Source: Thermoplasmatota archaeon (lineage in GTDB: Archaea; Thermoplasmatota; Thermoplasmata; Thermoplasmatales; ARK-15). Taken from it: a DNA stretch of 41,415 nt. Below the pieces are notes generated by a model that saw nothing but the letters and a program-made list of their open reading frames with translations, made no database searches and was not told the DNA's origin. Location: NCBI GenBank assembly GCA_031961865.1, contig JAVRLB010000003.1:1-41415 (forward strand), in the 5' to 3' direction. The translations under genes were made by a program, and so were the position numbers. Positions 39,636-41,415 of the stretch are shown in pieces (within the stretch, counting starts at the first letter, position 1; the number at the start of each line of letters is the position of its first letter).

Positions 39636-41141
39636 CTAAACTACAGGAACCAGGCTAATATTCGGAAATCCTTTAACATTATCTATGGATATTACATAGT
39701 ACATGGTTTTAGGTTTTATACCATAAATGAGCATCATATTCTCTACTAAAACTATTTTGAATTGATAATCGGATATATTTGCAATCTCTTCCTTTATTTT
39801 CTGCCCCGGTTTTGTCAAAGATATAACTACCTTTTCTGCTGTTTTTGAGACCGTAAGATTTTCAAAGATATTTTTTAATGCTAGATCTACACCATAGATA
39901 TACTCAAGTACATCATGATTTAAAATAATTAATCCTGGCTTATCTTTTGGGGTCATAAATTCCCGCACGGTTTTTACATGTAAACTATGGGCAGTGTTAA
40001 GATCTAAGCCACCTAAAGGAATAACTGAGGGGTATTTTGATTCAGTGCTAGAATAGTCAATAAATTTCATATGCTTAAGCAGATCTTTTTCCGGTATCCA
40101 TCTTTTGTAGTAGTTCAAATAAGATTCAAGTGACATGCCCGGCACTGGCATAATCAGTAAATCTAAATTATGAGAAATAAAATTTAAAATTAGAGTATTT
40201 GTAATAAAAGAATAATATTCATGTGATATCTCTTTATCAATCTCTATATTAAAAAATGCACCTGGTCTAATACCTCCTCTTAATATAGCATCAAAATCTT
40301 CAATGCCGGTACTATAAAGTCCAGGTTTGTTAGGAATCGGTTCCCATTTTCCAATATTCAATTTTTCATAAGAATCTGTAGAAAATGATCTAAATCTACC
40401 ATTATTAAGAGTATAACAATAACTTGGCTTTTTTATTCCTGTGCTTCTAAGTTTATTTAAGTATATGGTTCTAAGCCTCTTAGAATCTTCTATTTTATAA
40501 TTTAAGTATACTACTCCATCCACAATATAATCTTCTGGGCCAGGCGTGCTCTCCTCTGAAACAAACACTATGTTTGTGTTCACTCCCTCAACCAGATCTT
40601 TTTGTAACATAGCCACAAAATTCGGTACAGAAAGATCATATCTAGATGTAATTCCTTCAATAGAGTCTACTACCAACATACTTTTTTCAGGAAGGTTAGA
40701 TTCAATGCTATCATATACTCTTTTTACTTCTGCCGCTTCTGAATCTTTGAGATATTTTTTAAACATCGTTCTATAAACTTTTTTAGGCGGTTCTCCAGTC
40801 ATTTCTTCAAGCAATTTTCTTCCATATACATTTACTGGATTTTCCTCTTCGAGTATCTCCTGAAAAGTCTGTTCGATAAAAAGCTTGGATGTTATAAGCA
40901 ATTTCAAATTTTTTTCCATTTCCTTTAGCCATGGAAACTGTTTATGCAAACTTACATCTCCAACCCTGGTAGACAGATAAATAATCTTGTTTTTATCTTG
41001 AAATTTTTCTAATATCTGAAGTGCAAGAGTGGTTTTACCAGTGCCTGGAGGTCCCTTGATAATGAGTGATACTCCAGTTTCACTGGATAGAAATTCTTCT
41101 ATTTCCGTAGGGAATTCAACAAGATTATATGTTTTATCCAT
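39636..41141 (-). CDS. GvpD-like / KaiC-RAD55 family double-domain ATPase
   Basis: GPPGTGKTT, YLSTR, VVDS, DYIVDGVV, KLR. The second domain (STGIEDFDAILRGGI) lacks a Walker A. AGGTG RBS. Confidence 0.85.
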   Translation of the reverse strand: MDKTYNLVEFPTEIEEFLSSETGVSLIIKGPPGTGKTTLALQILEKFQDKNKIIYLSTRVGDVSLHKQFPWLKEMEKNLKLLITSKLFIEQTFQEILEEENPVNVYGRKLLEEMTGEPPKKVYRTMFKKYLKDSEAAEVKRVYDSIESNLPEKSMLVVDSIEGITSRYDLSVPNFVAMLQKDLVEGVNTNIVFVSEESTPGPEDYIVDGVVYLNYKIEDSKRLRTIYLNKLRSTGIKKPSYCYTLNNGRFRSFSTDSYEKLNIGKWEPIPNKPGLYSTGIEDFDAILRGGIRPGAFFNIEIDKEISHEYYSFITNTLILNFISHNLDLLIMPVPGMSLESYLNYYKRWIPEKDLLKHMKFIDYSSTESKYPSVIPLGGLDLNTAHSLHVKTVREFMTPKDKPGLIILNHDVLEYIYGVDLALKNIFENLTVSKTAEKVVISLTKPGQKIKEEIANISDYQFKIVLVENMMLIYGIKPKTMYYVISIDNVKGFPNISLVPVV

Positions 41142-41157
41142 AATTATACACCTATTT

Positions 41158-41415
41158 TTATTGTTTAGATTTTACTTTAGTAAGAAAGTCATTAATTACC
41201 TGATCAGGATCCATGGTGACCGGAACTAAAATTGCCCAGAAATTTTTTGACTCGTTTGGAAAGATAAAAAGATTTGCATCTTTACCAAATAAAGCTATTT
41301 TTGACGGAGCCTGGTAACCAATTTCATTATATATTTTTAACGCACTGGCATGAATAGTAGCACAAAGTATAGCAAATGTGTCTTTGTCCATATTTACAGG
41401 TAAAACAATGTCTTC
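41158..41415 (-). CDS. Roadblock/LC7 (MglB-like) protein, 5'-truncated by window edge
   Basis: Frame is open to the window end (EDIVLPVNM...). DTFAILCATIHASALKIYNEIG helix followed by beta-strands. Confidence 0.65.
   Translation of the reverse strand, partial: EDIVLPVNMDKDTFAILCATIHASALKIYNEIGYQAPSKIALFGKDANLFIFPNESKNFWAILVPVTMDPDQVINDFLTKVKSKQ

Noticed and set aside
39636-41141. Gas vesicle cluster or circadian KaiABC clock
   Set aside because: No gvpA or kaiA/kaiB genes are visible, and the second ATPase domain is degenerate.
306-41229. Numerous 60-175 aa ORFs antisense to, or out of frame within, identified genes (e.g. 553-1077, 9738-10205, 10796-11170, 16744-17103)
   Set aside because: They are shadow frames of well-supported genes, with no recognisable motifs.

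Overview
AT-rich, very gene-dense archaeal chromosome segment, most consistent with Thermoplasmata. Support: GatDE, Alba, Lsm-rpl37e, Nop5, Dph2, PINA, eno-rps2-MEMO order, split transketolase plus transaldolase, PurN, a long Lhr, GGTG/GAGG ribosome-binding sites and probable leaderless genes. Most of it is housekeeping; I saw no rRNA, tRNA or CRISPR array. Worth following up: (1) a tightly coupled four-gene membrane operon (4-TM protein, helical protein, SPFH + triple zinc-ribbon protein, YdjG-like zinc-ribbon protein) that resembles a PspA-less ydjGI envelope-stress system; (2) a lone VirB2/TrbC-like pilin next to a dCMP deaminase and PINA; (3) a Roadblock/LC7 protein coupled to a GvpD/KaiC-like ATPase; (4) a MITE-like element with a second partial copy; (5) an Lhr whose C-terminus appears to hold duplicated AlkZ-like modules; (6) two genes missed by the ORF track (rpl37e and a 54-aa HicB-like ORF); (7) a purF start buried inside rpl37e; (8) a patch of decayed genes. 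All family assignments come from motif recognition by eye; no searches were run.
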